Part shown: piece by piece, positions 12,576 through 25,651 of the stretch | Layout of the letters: each line of letters starts with the position of its first letter | Numbering within the stretch: the first letter of the stretch is position 1 | Source of the DNA: Octopus vulgaris | Taxonomy: Eukaryota | Direction: 5' to 3' | DNA: 64,000 nt | NCBI GenBank assembly: GCA_951406725.2 | Contig: OX597825.1 | Span: forward strand, 6,324,001 to 6,388,000 | The notes under the pieces: model-generated | Database searches by the model: none | Told to the model about the DNA's origin: nothing | Seen by the model: only the letters and a program-made list of their open reading frames with translations | Position numbers and translations under genes: made by a program

Positions 12576-12916
12576 GGGAAGATCAAATATTGCCGCTAAT
12601 ATGGTCTTGATCCTTATAAGTTGATCATCTTGTAAGCTTCTTCCTTTTCTGTGCTCATTCAAGCGAGAATTAGACGATAAGGTGTTATGTGATGGGTGAT
12701 AAGTGAGGCCTTCAAAAGATTTACAGACTGGTTCAACTTGAAAATTTTTTTGCAATGAGCTCACGAATGAAATGTAACGGAAATCGTTGGGAGATATTTG
12801 CGTATGATGGTGTAAGTTGTTCGGCAAGGAAAGGAATTTAGTTGTTGTGCTGTTGTATCACCAGTCCTGTTATCTGTATTTTCTGTATAACTAAATATTG
12901 TGTGAGCATGAAGAAT

Positions 12917-13062
12917 AGGCTGTGTGGTAAGTAGCTTGCTTACGAACCACATGGATCCGGGTTCAGTCCCACTGCGTGGAACCTTGGGCAAGTGTCTCGA
13001 GCCGACCAAAGCCTTGTGAGTGGATTTGGTAGACAGAAACTGAAAGAAGCCCGTCATATATA

Positions 13063-13144
<82 letters not shown>

Positions 13145-13357
13145 GTGTGTGTGTGTGTATATGTTTGTATTTCTTTGTTTGTCCCCCAACATCGCTTGAC
13201 AACCGATGCCGGTGTTACGTCCCCGTAACTTAGTGGTTCGGCAAAAGAGACCGATAGAATCAGTACTAGGCTTACAAAGAATAAGTCCTGGGGTCGATTT
13301 GCTCCAGCATGGCCGCAGTCAAATGACTGAAACAAGTAAAAGAGAGTAAAAGAGAGA
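12917..13357 (+). mobile_element. SINE family A (tRNA head, CORE-like segment, CR1-derived tail)
   Basis: ggctgtgtggtaagtagc..ggttcagtcc Pol III boxes, cttgggcaagtgtc, tail ctccagcatggccgcagtcaaatgactgaaac(aagagt)n. Confidence 0.9.
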
Positions 13358-13636
13358 ATATTCCGAATATTGGTTAGAATTTGAGACTGCGTTAACGGAT
13401 TGTAGTTCGACCGTGTGACCTGGTGAGAATGTTGGTGAAACTGGAGACGCTGGTAGATGTAGTATGTGAGTATGCTGTGTGTTGTTGATTTTTACGTTAT
13501 ATCTTTGCATTTCCCGTGTGTTACTGTGTTCACTTAACCATTGAGTACCACCTGTAGTATGCTTGTACCGAAAGTGTTTTATGACGCTTCCAACATATCT
13601 TGGGCGCTTTCTTCTCACCCAATGTATTTAAAATGA

Positions 13637-14081
13637 GGATATTTTCGGTTTGAACGGCAGTTTTTAACATAATTTCTAGGTAACTAAAAAATTTAAAACT
13701 TCGTATACTGGTAGAATGTGTTTATAAAACATTTTTTCTCTTGGCTTTATTGAGAAAATCCTATAGTTTATAAGATATTTGTTATTTTTTTCTTCAATTT
13801 CTGCAATTTCAACCAATCAGTGATGTCTATTGAGTTAAAAACCATTCTGTGTCGTATGAATATGTCCCTCGTTTAAGAAACAGATTGGGTTTATTTACAT
13901 TTGTGAAGAAGAAAAGATACCATTCCTCCCACCCTAACCCTAACTCTAACCCTAACCCTAACTCTAACCCTAACCCTAAAACAGATTGAAATGCAATAGA
14001 TCGATACTAGGGTCATAATTATGGGTGACAATTTCATATGACACCGCTAGAAAAAAACTGTCGTTCAAACCGAAAAGATCC
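13637..14081. mobile_element. non-autonomous TIR element (GG..CC termini, 8-bp TSD; Merlin-like) with internal (CCCTAA)n
   Basis: TIR ggatattttcggtttgaacggcagtttt / aaaactgtcgttcaaaccgaaaagatcc; TSD taaaatga at 13629-13636 and 14082-14089. Confidence 0.85.
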
Positions 14082-14989
14082 TAAAATGAAGATGCTACAA
14101 GGGCAAGAGTTAGCTGTTACTGTTGCGTTGTAATAATTATTCTAATGTTTTTTGTCTTATCTTTTTTATATTGGTTGTTGCTTGTTCTAGGTGTGAATAG
14201 TCCATTTTATTATCTACTACAATACTACGAGTCTAAGAAGGGTGATAATTGCAACATTTTCATCTCTATTTGTTATGTTCTATGATTTCGGATGTATTTA
14301 TTTAAGTTTCTGATATTTTCTGTTGTCTGTTTAGTGTGACTGCATCTTTGCTCTTATTCTTTGAAGTATTTTGTTTCTCATTTCCGTAATTTTCAGATTA
14401 TTACAATCTCGATACTTAATCGCATGGTTTTTCATGTTAAATATTTGTCGTCCGACTGCGTTCTAACAACAATCATGTCGTCTTGTTTTTGGTTGATTGA
14501 TTTAAGTGTAGCCATTCTTAAGACGCTAGATTAATCTCATTCAAAATAACCCAAACACACAAACAACAGAGACAGAATCAGAGCCAGTTAAGTGAACAGT
14601 CAAAATTACATATATCCGACATAAAACACAAAAACAAGTAAATGTACAGTATTTACCATTAACGAATGGTATAATCACTCGTCAAAATAATAACTTCAGA
14701 CAACACAGCCAATTACGTAATATAAATCAAACGTTCTTATCGCAAAATATTTCGAAAATCAGTAAATACAAACATACCTATCATTTAAGTTTGAAGTCTA
14801 GGATTAGTGTTGCAAAGAACTCCTCTTTACCTAGATTGTTATCATTTTCAGGGGTTTCTTTTTGCCAAAATGGAATTTCCCACCCTCTACCCCTCGTACA
14901 CTTTACATAATAAATTACTGTTTTAACTTTTTAAACATTGGCCAAAATATAGACTTCATTGGTCTTGTCTTTTGATTTTTGGGTGCCTT

Positions 14990-15335
14990 GACAGAGAGAC
15001 GTAAACACACCAACACGAAGTTGGAGGGACAAAAACAGACACACAAACATATACGCACACATATATATATACATATACATATATACGACGGGCTTCTTTC
15101 AGTTTCTGTCGAACAAATCCACTCACAAGGCTTTGGTCGGCCCGAGGCTATAGTAGAAGACACTTGCCCAAGGTACCACGCAGTGGGACTGAACTCGGAA
15201 CCATGTGGTTGGTAAGCAAGCTACTTACCACACAGCCAGTCCTACGCCTATGTTTCAAATCATTTCTTTTATCTCTTCTTTCGCCTCTAACTGATTTCAG
15301 TCAAAGGCTGTGGCGATACTGGAGCACCGCCTTTC
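14990..15335 (-). mobile_element. SINE family A fragments
   Basis: Reverse complement of the head half (to ~15249) plus a separate tail piece at ~15270-15335. Confidence 0.85.
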
Positions 15336-16047
15336 AGTGTGTTTGGGTCACAATTCTGTACAGCTTTTAGTGAAAAAGCGTGTTGATTGGAACCGATCTT
15401 CCTCGTGCCTCCTGCCGCGATATCGGTTCATCTGAGATTTCAGTTAGAAATTTTCCAGATGCTTTTTGAAGATCTTCATATCTACACATCATTAATAATA
15501 AAGATAATATGTAATTACCAGGGTGACATGAGGTTACGCAATAACCGTAATGTTCTCAGTATTCAACAATCTGTAAAATATCATATCACTGAGTAAGTAT
15601 TTATTCACAACGTATAGCATAAACCTGAAACAAAGGAAGAAGATTTTTCCGAGTTGAAAAACTTTTTAAATCTTTTAAAACAGTTCTTGAATATATTCGC
15701 TCGTATAAATTAATGGATATGAGAAAAACTGTGTCGTTAAGCAATTTAATTATGTATACCTCGAAATATCTATATGGCTCAGTCAAAAACATTGCAATTC
15801 ATAAGTTCCATTCATCCTTAATATCCAAATTCAAACTTGAAAGTGATATATTGTGTTAGTGCTTTTAACGTATGCCAATGATAAAGAAACGAAATACACA
15901 CATGTGTGTTGTGTGTGTGTGTGCGTGTGTGTATGTATGCTATATGAATTCCAGAAACTATTTTGTAGGAATATTTTCAGAGTTTGCGTTTGCATTGACA
16001 ATAACCATTTTGAAAGAAAAGGACGCAGATGTGTGTATTTGTTAGAT

Positions 16048-16108
<61 letters not shown>

Positions 16109-16113
16109 CACAC

Positions 16114-16146
<33 letters not shown>

Positions 16147-16959
16147 CATACACACACACAAATATACACACACCAAACACACACCATATATACGTATACA
16201 TATACACATACATTTATGCATATATAATGATATATAACTATATATAATGATATATATATAACATATATAATTAAAATATTATATATGTATATATGTATAT
16301 GCATGTATATGTACTCTGTTACACTTATGTGTACAAACACATACATGCATATATATCTGCATATATACACAGATGCATACGCGCACACACATTTTGATGC
16401 ATTAATTTTTAGTCTTCTGGAAACCCGTCAAAGAAACTCATGTACAGAATGCCTTTTGTACCGAAATACACCGAAGATCAGTCATATCAAAACAGCAGAC
16501 ATTAAAAGCGTGTGCTCGAAAATGTACCATTATCGTTAGTTGTTTTTCTCTTGATTCGGTTCTTTCAATATTTCTCATATATTTTGCATCGTTTATTCTT
16601 ACCGATTCCTATGTTTTTCCATAATTTTTCGTTTCTTTGTTTATTTATAACTTCAACAATAAGCAATAATTGCGGAAAGCTAAAACCAAGTTAAACATTA
16701 AAAAAAAAATTCGGTTTTCGTATTTATACGCTCATACAATTTCGACTTTTTAATCGACTAATAGCGCACGGAATACGTACGCACTTAGCAACATACAAAT
16801 ATGTATGTGTATATCTATTTCTGTCTGTCTGTCCGTCTATCTGTCTGTCTATTCGTTTGTCAGTCTCACTGTCCCTTTGTCTCTCTGCATGTGTTTGTGT
16901 GTGTATGTATGTGTGTCTTTTGTTTTTGGGCTATTTTTCAAAATTCTCACCTTATTCTA

Positions 16960-17412
16960 TTAATCTTTTGCTTGTTTCGGTCATCTGACTGCGGCCCTGC
17001 TGGAGCACCTCATTAACGGGTGTTAGTCGAAGAAATCGATCCCAGGGCTTATTCTTTGCAAACCTTGTACTTAGTTAGTTAGTTAGTTAATTTGGCTCAA
17101 AAGCAAATAGCAAGGCCATGTAGGGGAACATGGAGTTAAGTACAGGGTGGTGTTCATGTAAAGAGTTCAGGCCGAGCAGCTGAGTTACGGGGACATAAAC
17201 ACACCAGCATCGGTTGTCAAGCGATGGTGTGGTGACAAACACAGACACAAATACACACACATATGTATATATACGACGAGCTTCGTCCAGTTTCCGTCTA
17301 CCAAATCCACTCACAAGGCTTTGGCCGACCCGAGGCTATAGTAGAAGACACTTGCCCAACGTGTCATGCTGTGGGATCGAACCCAGAACCATGAGGCTGG
17401 TAAGCAAGCTAT
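16960..17412 (-). mobile_element. SINE family A interrupted by a short LINE-like 3' end with (AACT)n tail (~17071-17180)
   Basis: Homology to 30122-30530 on both sides of the insert. Confidence 0.8.
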
Positions 17413-17449
17413 GTAGATAAGAAATTCTTTTTCATTAATACTTAATAAA

Positions 17450-17602
17450 CAGGTGTGTAGTTAAGAACCACTCCTTCCAACCATGTGGTCATGGGTTCAG
17501 TTCCACTGCGTGGCATCTTGGGTTAGTGTCTTCTGTTATAGCCGCGGGCCACCCAAAGACTTGTGAATGGATTTGATAGACGAGAACTGAAAGAAGACAT
17601 TA

Positions 17603-17606
<4 letters not shown>
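17450..17606 (+). mobile_element. SINE family A head half
   Basis: gggttcagttccactgcgtggcatcttggg...ctgaaagaag. Confidence 0.8.
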
Positions 17607-17673
<67 letters not shown>

Positions 17674-17676
17674 AAT

Positions 17677-17794
17677 CAGCAAAAATATCACAAAACCTGT
17701 TACTCAGAGTTTAACGCTCCCGTTCGTTGGACAAAACTGTCCGACGAACGGGAATGTGAAACTCTGAGTAACTGTTTTTCTGATATTTTTGCTG
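17677..17794. ncRNA. foldback of two head-to-head minimal hammerhead motifs
   Basis: 57-bp arms with a 4-nt loop (aaac); plus arm CUGU-CCGACGA-ACG-GGAA-UGU-GAA-ACUC-U-GAGU-A; the minus arm supplies the stem-I partner ACAG. Confidence 0.65.
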
Positions 17795-18947
17795 CTTTTT
17801 AATAAAGCATATTACTCTACCTCTGGTATTCGAGTAATATTTTCCCTCCTTGTTTCGCATTTATGTACTTACTCTGGTATATATATTTGCTAAATTTTCT
17901 TGAGAACATTTCTTAGTGGTAAGACCAAAGCAGATCTACTTCTAGCATAAGGGTTGTTCACATAGTGGTCATCCCTTTCATATGCATGTAATATGATTTT
18001 CTGAACCTCCATATATATATGTTGGTTTATTTACGAGGTGGAGTCAAAAATTTTGCTATAACGTATCTTTATTATCGATACACTGCCTTCTAAGCGCAAG
18101 TGCTTATAGTTGGTACTATTTTGGTCACATAATCGAACTTTCCAGTGCCTAATCACAGTGCCATTTTTCTTTCTGCCTTTCCAGTATAAGCATGACCGCT
18201 CCGCTAGCGGTTTGTTATGCGTGCCTATATCTTATTGAAGCGTCAACAGAAATATTCCAGCGGCATTTTGTTTCCATACTATGCATAATTATGTCTCCCA
18301 CATCACTATAACTTCAAATATTTATATTCTTCGCATTATTCTTTCTGCGCATTTCGTTAGATAATGGCAGCTGTTAATTCTACAGAGTATGTATCAGTTT
18401 CCTTATCTCTACGTGTTACCTGTGTCTCTTTTCCTTTTCTGCATAAGATATTTAGTTATCACCTGCCTCTATACAGCAAAAGCAAGCGTTTCAAAATGAG
18501 AGCTTTTATCCTACGTGTTCATCAAGCGAAAACTACTCTGGTTTTCAATTCTTCAATTACTTCTAAGCGTTTTGGGCATGGAGTTACGCATATTATTTTG
18601 CTGATATGTATGTTTTTTGTTTTTAGTTTAATTTAGGTTCTTGAGAGAGTCCAAGCCGGTCGCTAACAAAACAACAAGATTCTTTGAGTTAAGAGAGTTC
18701 CTGGTGTTTGCAAACATATGATTAAGTTGGTTTGTTGGTTGAACTGTCGATGCATGCACTCAAATGTAATGTGTGCATCTGTTCGCATAAGAATCTCAGA
18801 TGGAGAATTTTGGCAATGTCTTACATATCTTCACTCTGCTACTAATAGATTGGATTTGAAGGATCAGCGTCAGTTTCTTTTGATCTTTCTCCGTGAAACA
18901 GAGTATTTCTAGGTTTTTGTGCAAATTTGTTGGTATATATAATTAGT

Positions 18948-19157
18948 AAAGGCTGCGAGTTGGCGATAGCGAGTCAGTCAAAATGCTTATCGGTGTTCTG
19001 TCCGTCTCAACATTCTGAGTTAAGATTCCACCGAGATGAACTTTGTCTTTTTGCCTTTCTGGATCTATAAAATAAACACCACTTGAACACTGGGGTCCAT
19101 GCAGTCGTGCTGTCTCCCTAAATTTCAGACCTTTTGCTTATAGTAGAAAGGATTAAT
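18948..19157 (+). mobile_element. SINE family B, diverged
   Basis: aaggctgcgagttggc...tagtagaaaggatta. Confidence 0.75.
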
Positions 19158-20039
19158 AATCAGAGTTTCACTTATGTACGACATTGAATATATTAGCGTG
19201 ATCAGTCACATAATGTTGAAACTTAGCTGCTGATTTTGACTTTGTGTGTGAAACTTCAAATAGAAGTGGATTGAATTGCTAACGATTTTCTGATATAATC
19301 CTATGTATGAAGGACTCCAATGTCGAGACCAACGTTTGAATGCCTTGTAAGAAAAACAAAAGTGGAGCGAGTTTCTGGAGAACTTACCACATTCTCAACT
19401 TCTAGCTGAGTAACCTGAACTGGTGCCAGACAGAACAAGAAGTCAGCTGGAGATAACAAATATGTAACATCCAATCAGATTGATGCGATCTCCTTTAACG
19501 TTGGTGTCCACATCACAAAGTTCACTTTTCCGAAATATTATATAACAACACGTCACGTACACCTCACCCGATCGTAAGCACAAATCGAGATACACAAAAT
19601 AACACATGCAACCGAAATATGGCGCACCAGAACACATGCTGCTATGTTGAATATTCTTGGAGCCCATCTCTCCAAAGCCGCTCTTACGTCATGCGCCTTC
19701 AATGTCTTTAAGAATATCTCACTCCACGCTCTATTTCTAGGTTTCTTTCACTCTGCGCTTCGCACGTACATAGGCATACTCATATATCTACACACAAACA
19801 CACATACACACACACACACAAACACATACACACACACACACACACGCACACTTATAAACACTTTTAAACGCACACATATATGTAAGTTATGAATATATAT
19901 TTGTGTATGTCTATATACATATACCTACACGGTGTTAAAATAAACATATTCTGTCATGTGAATGCACGTTTACATACTTCACGCACTCATACACAACAAG
20001 TACACACGCCTACATGTACAGACATGTACAAGAACACAT

Positions 20040-20084
<45 letters not shown>

Positions 20085-20761
20085 TTTACGTACATATATG
20101 TATGTATACGCGTATTCAGGTATCCATATGTTTATGTTCCTTCCACTATTTCAGATATAGGAAAGGAAAAAAAACAACACCTACAACCCAAAATTGAAAG
20201 TAATAGAGAAAACAGATAGAGAAGCGAGATATATAGCTGCCTCTCCATCGCCAACCCTTCTCTGATATATCATCTTTCGTCAATAATATTAACCATAACA
20301 GCTCAGTCTCTACTCCTTCACCGTATCATCTTTAATATACAGCATCATCCCACCACACACACACACACACGCACTACAGATGAAACAATTACAACCACAA
20401 AACTCAGCTGTTGTGAAGAAAACTGATACGCAAAAATAAATTCAATTTATGAAACACGAAACAATAACAATAAAACGCGATATAAAAAAACATGTTATTC
20501 TATAAATATTTTCATTCTATACTGAGTCCATCTCTGTAGCACTTTTAAAAATAAATGACCAAGGTGTAACGATTTTCATAAAACGTTTCAGTTTATATTT
20601 ATTTTATTTTAAAATTCTATTAATTTCGTTTTATTTAAGAAAATTATATCATTTTCAATTTCGGTAAATTCTATTCGCGCACTTTTTATTTTTATTTTTA
20701 TCGAAAACGTATTTTCGATAAAAAAAAAAGTGAGGCTGTAGAGTTTTTCATCTTGTATAAG

Positions 20762-20825
<64 letters not shown>

Positions 20826-21045
20826 TACACACACATGCGCACAAACACACAAACACACACATACATACACACATTTACGCACACACACGCACACATGCAT
20901 ACACACACACGCACACTCACACACACACACAAACACACACATATACACACACATATATACGTATATAAATGCACACTCTCTCGCGTATATACACATATAT
21001 AGTTATGTATATATGTGTGTGTGTTTGTGTATCTGTATAAATGTG

Positions 21046-21077
<32 letters not shown>

Positions 21078-21711
21078 TGTATGTATGTACCTATGTATCT
21101 ATCTATCTATCTATCTATAAATAATATATATGTATATATACACACACATATTCCAATATATAATATAGATACATAGATAAATAGGCAAATGCGTCTAGAT
21201 AGAGAAATAGAGATAGAGTGAAAGATTTTGGCATAGATAATGATTCCATTACGTTTCGCTTGCCATGTGCGTTTATGAAGATGCGACTGACGTAAATAGT
21301 CACGTGCTTCACAGAAATATTTCCTTTTTAAATGTTCACTTTCATCAATAGCTATAGCTGTAATTAATACAATCAAACTATCACCTGCTGCTTGTCTATA
21401 AAAATATTGTTCTCTGGTCATAAATTTACATTAACAAGAAAACATGATTCCAGTGCATATTATATGGATTATATTAGAACAACTAGAGATATCTGAACAT
21501 CTATATTTTATGCTGTTTCCTTCTAATTTATTCCAGCACAAATAAATGTCAAACCAGGCTTCGCCATTTTCTTGCATACAACGAGGCAGTTCTTTCCTAT
21601 TATTATTACTTAGTGAGAGAGCAGTGCATGCCATCAAACCGACTCTGGTGTACAAATATATGAAGCCCAGTATACCCATCATGACTACCCGTCTGATAAA
21701 GGTACACCTTG

Positions 21712-22500
21712 CTGTTTTCTGCAAGTGCTCCACCCGTATTGCAGCCCCTATTTGTTCCCCGCACTTCTCGAGATTTTTGCCCACTGTTCCCAGGGCTCCG
21801 ACAATTATTGGTACTACTGCCACCTTTTTCATCGACCACAACTGCTTAACTTCCCAAGCTAACCTGTCATATCTCTCGACTTTTCTTTCTTCCTTATTGC
21901 ATACCTTGTTGTGAGCTGGGCATGCTATGTCTATGATCCAGCATAGTTTGTTTTCTTTCTCAATTAAGATTATGTCCAGCTTCCTATTCTCAATCTCATG
22001 GTCGCACTGAATCATAAAATCCCATTGGAACTTTGCATTTCTATTTTCCACGATGCCTTCAGGTTTGTAGTTGTACCAAATTTTTGCTCTTTCAAGTCTA
22101 TACTTGTTGCAGAGTGTCCAATGGACAAACATTGCTACATTGTCGTGGTGTCTCTTATATTCCTTCTGGGTTAGTGGCGTACATTGGCTGGTAATATGCC
22201 ATACAGTTTCACCGTTTTGACCACAGATTCTGCACTTATCACTTTCTGATGTGCTGTCTATTCTGTATTTTATGTAGTTTGTTCTTAGTGCTTGCTCTTG
22301 GGCAGCGCAGACTAGAGGCTCCGTTTCCGGTTTTAAATCACTTTTAGTCATCCACAGCCATCTTTATTTCTCTGTCTGTCTTATCTTCAACATCCCTATG
22401 AAATTGACCATGCATTCTTTTCTTTACCCACCTATTTTCTGTTTCAATCGTTTTCAATTTCTTGTATAGTGCTTTATCTTTGCAATCTTTCATCCTACAC
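21712..22500 (-). pseudogene. R4/Dong-clade LINE C-terminus (CCHC finger plus restriction-like endonuclease)
   Basis: ORF 21431-22351: CRICGQNGETVWHITSQC, KRHHDNVA, WDF, RKLDIILI...IIDIACP, VVPIIVGALG; text after HLQKTA is unrelated read-through. Confidence 0.9.
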
Positions 22501-22784
22501 AAGCCTGACCTTCTTACTTCTATTTGGGAACAGCGGTAAAAATAACAACACTGTAGTTCTAATTAGTGTTGGATATCTGGTGGATGATGGCATGCATAAT
22601 GTTGGAGGGGAGCGAAACATTACTAGAAGGGAACAGAACGAGTCGGGAAAACTAGATTGAGATCTTATTTTGGAAATCTTTCTCCATGTAAAGCCTGTGC
22701 ATATGGAAAATATCCCAGATCTCTTCTCACTGCCGAATGGGATGCAACTACAAGTAATTGTAGAGAACACTGAAAGAGATAATG

Positions 22785-23129
22785 GCTAGCCAACCGTCTT
22801 CAAGTTTTAAATGACAAGGAAAGTGAGGGTAGAGAGAAAAGTACTGCTGAAAGTGGGGGAATGTGGTGAAGATTGCCGCGTGAACTTATACTTGTAAGCC
22901 GGATGGGTTGAGGAGGGAGGTATCCGCTAAGGTCCCCTTCGCAGTCGGGATGACCAGGATGTGTGGGTTTCCTTGGTTGGCTCTGAGTGAAAGCCCCACT
23001 TTTGGGGGAATCCTATTGTTAATTTTTGTTATTCATTCTTATTGTTTTATTGCATACACGAACTTTTATTCTAAGCCCCACTTGTACCTTATGTTTTGTG
23101 TTCGGCCCTTGTGGCCATTAAAGAAAAGA
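22785..23129 (+). mobile_element. Tx1/L1-like LINE 3' end
   Basis: RKVRVERKVL motif, and a 3' end ggcccttgtggccattaaagaaa similar to agccctgtgtagctaataaagaaa at 4435-4457. Confidence 0.6.
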
Positions 23130-23154
23130 TTATTATTGTCGTTGTTGTTGTTGT

Positions 23155-23685
23155 TACTTTGCCTTTCATATCTTCGGGGTCGGTAAATTATGCACCAGTT
23201 GAGCAGCGGGGGTTCGATGTAATTGCAGAAATTATTATTTAATTTCTATGCAAGGTGGCGAGCTGACAGAATCGTTAGCATGTCGGACAAAATGTTTGGC
23301 AGCATTTCGTCCGTCTTTTCGTTCTGAATTCAAAGTCCACAGAGTTTGACTTTGCCTTTCATCCTTTCGAGATCGATAAAATAAGTATCAGTTCAGTGAC
23401 TAGTGTCGATGTTGTCATCTTGCCCTCACTACGTACTTGACGTAGAAAGGATGATTTTATTGCTGGCGAGAAAAAGGCAGAGAAAAAGGTTAGCGGCATT
23501 TTTTCCCTCTTCTTTACCATTTCCTTTCAAATATTTCCGAGGCCAAATTTGCCTTTCATCTTTTCGGAACCAATAAAATAAAGTAACTATGAAGTTGTGG
23601 GATCGATGTAATCGATTTACCCGCTCTCCCGCTGGTCTTTTGCCAATATTTGAAATAATTCTTACTATTGCTTTTGGAAAATATA
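23155..23685 (+). mobile_element. cluster of diverged SINE family B copies
   Basis: Repeated ttgcctttcatc core at ~23158, ~23351 and ~23549. Confidence 0.75.
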
Positions 23686-23709
23686 TTATTATTATTATTA
23701 TTATTGTTA

Positions 23710-23780
<71 letters not shown>

Positions 23781-23802
23781 ATTATTATTATCATTATTAT
23801 TA

Positions 23803-23851
<49 letters not shown>

Positions 23852-23988
23852 CATTATTATTATTATCATTATTATTATTATTATTATCATCATCATCATC
23901 ATCATTATTATTATCCTCATCATCATCATCATCATCATCATTATTTTTATTATTGCTATTATTATTATTATTGTTATTGTTGTTGTTG
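23686..23988. repeat. (TTA)n/(TCA)n microsatellite
   Basis: Directly visible. Confidence 0.97.
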
Positions 23989-24491
23989 GTTTAGTTTATT
24001 GATTCTCTAAGATTTTTTTTTTATATATTGGGACATTTTTGTGTTTTCGAATTCCGTTGGGAATAAAATTCCCTTTACTTAGAGATTTCTCGAAAAGTAT
24101 TTTTATCAAATAAATATACTACAGACGAAATAGCTGTAAATATTATTATTTTTTAAAATATCTTCTGATTTTATTTTATTTTACATTTACTGTCTTAAAT
24201 TTCCGTTCAAAATTTCTTTAAACAACAAGTGTATCTGTAAAGCTTCAAGCCTCTTGCTAAATTCACACAATGTTGACACTGAGTAAGAAATGAAAATCAA
24301 ATATTAGTTTTGCATATGTTTTCACTCCTCCATTATGTGTAACCTGTCTCTTTCAATTTCTTTCTCTTTCTTTCTCCTTTCTACCAACCCTTCAAAAGTA
24401 ATTTTACTGTTAAACTCTCCTTTAGTTCATTTGTCGGTCTTACGCTCTCCTTCGGCTCTCTTGCTCTTCCGTACCCCTCTCTCACTATCAT

Positions 24492-24532
<41 letters not shown>

Positions 24533-24659
24533 TTATGTAGGCTTCTACGTTTTTGGATTTAGTTTTTTTCTGGAAGTTGTAACAATTATTTCAATATAAA
24601 ATTAGCAAAGTTAAAACATCTCAAAAATTTGTGAAATGAAGCAAACAGAAAATACAAAC

Positions 24660-24816
24660 AAGAAGAAGAAGAAGAAGAAGAAGAAGAAGAAAAGAAAAAG
24701 AAGAAGAAGGAGGAGAAGAAGAAAAAGAAGAAGAAGAAGAAAAAGAAGAAGAAGAAGAAGAAGAAGAAGAAGAAGAAGAAGAAGAAGAAGAAGAAGAAGA
24801 AGAAGAAGAAGAAGAA
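24660..24816. repeat. (GAA)n homopurine tract
   Basis: Directly visible. Confidence 0.97.
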
Positions 24817-25301
24817 GGTGGCATTAATAGACGGTAATAAATCTGTTGGTGCCTGGCAAGCATGGTCATTTAGAGAATATATTTTTCTTTTTTATTCTCG
24901 TGATAGAATTTCCACTTAACAGTTAAGATAATAGCTGCTGGAACAATTTGTCCATTAAATAACGGTGAACAGCATCTGGTCTCAAATAAATAATTTTATG
25001 TATTTTTATTAAATGCAAACTAAAAACTATTTAAACTCAATTTATAAATAGTCATTGGCTTATTTACATGGAATTTTTTGTTCTGCTTGTTGTTGTTGCG
25101 GTTTTGTTGCTGCCATGGCATTTCTATTCTATAATTCCAGTTCATGGAATTGCTATGCTTCTACTTTGCTACAGAAATTATTTTTATTGTGAGACTTTGC
25201 TATGCATTTGTTTCCTACTTATAACAGCTACTGTAGTAAGTGGAGTTGTTTTTCGCTCCTAGAGTAGATTTTTTCTTCTAAATATGCTGGCTAATTTCCA
25301 G

Positions 25302-25357
<56 letters not shown>

Positions 25358-25374
25358 CCTCCTCCTCCTCCTCC

Positions 25375-25416
<42 letters not shown>
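25302..25416. repeat. (CAT)n/(CCT)n microsatellite
   Basis: Directly visible. Confidence 0.97.
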
Positions 25417-25417
<1 letters not shown>

Positions 25418-25419
25418 TT

Positions 25420-25651
25420 AAAGCGATGAACCATTGGAATCGTTAGCACGTCGGATAAAATGCTTTTCGGTATTTCGTCCGTCTCCACGTTCTAAGATCA
25501 AATTTCGCGCAAGCCGACTTTGTCTTTCATCATTTTGAGAACGGCAAACTAAATACCAGTTGAATACTGGGGGTAAATATATCCAACTAGCCCCCTCCCC
25601 CAAAATTTCAGGTCTTGTGCATATAGTAGAAAGGATTATTATTATTATTAT
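25420..25651 (+). mobile_element. SINE family B with (TTA)n tail
   Basis: gaatcgttagcacg...tagtagaaaggattattatt. Confidence 0.85.

Noticed and set aside
13931-13978. True telomere or chromosome-fusion scar
   Set aside because: Short, and enclosed in a TIR element with a TSD
11420-14530. Possible second Penelope relic on minus, interrupted by SINEs and a MITE (RLNEH, RYVG, SCPC hints)
   Set aside because: Motifs are too short and decayed to call without a profile search
18031-18056. tacgaggtggagtcaaaaa mariner-like TIR start
   Set aside because: No partner TIR or transposase remnant found
21431-22351. 306-aa ORF as a host gene
   Set aside because: It is a LINE RLE C-terminal fragment with read-through into unrelated flank
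23429-24869. Poly-Ile/Leu/Ser/Arg ORFs, including a protamine-like poly-Arg ORF at 24636-24827
   Set aside because: Pure (TTA)n and (GAA)n tracts
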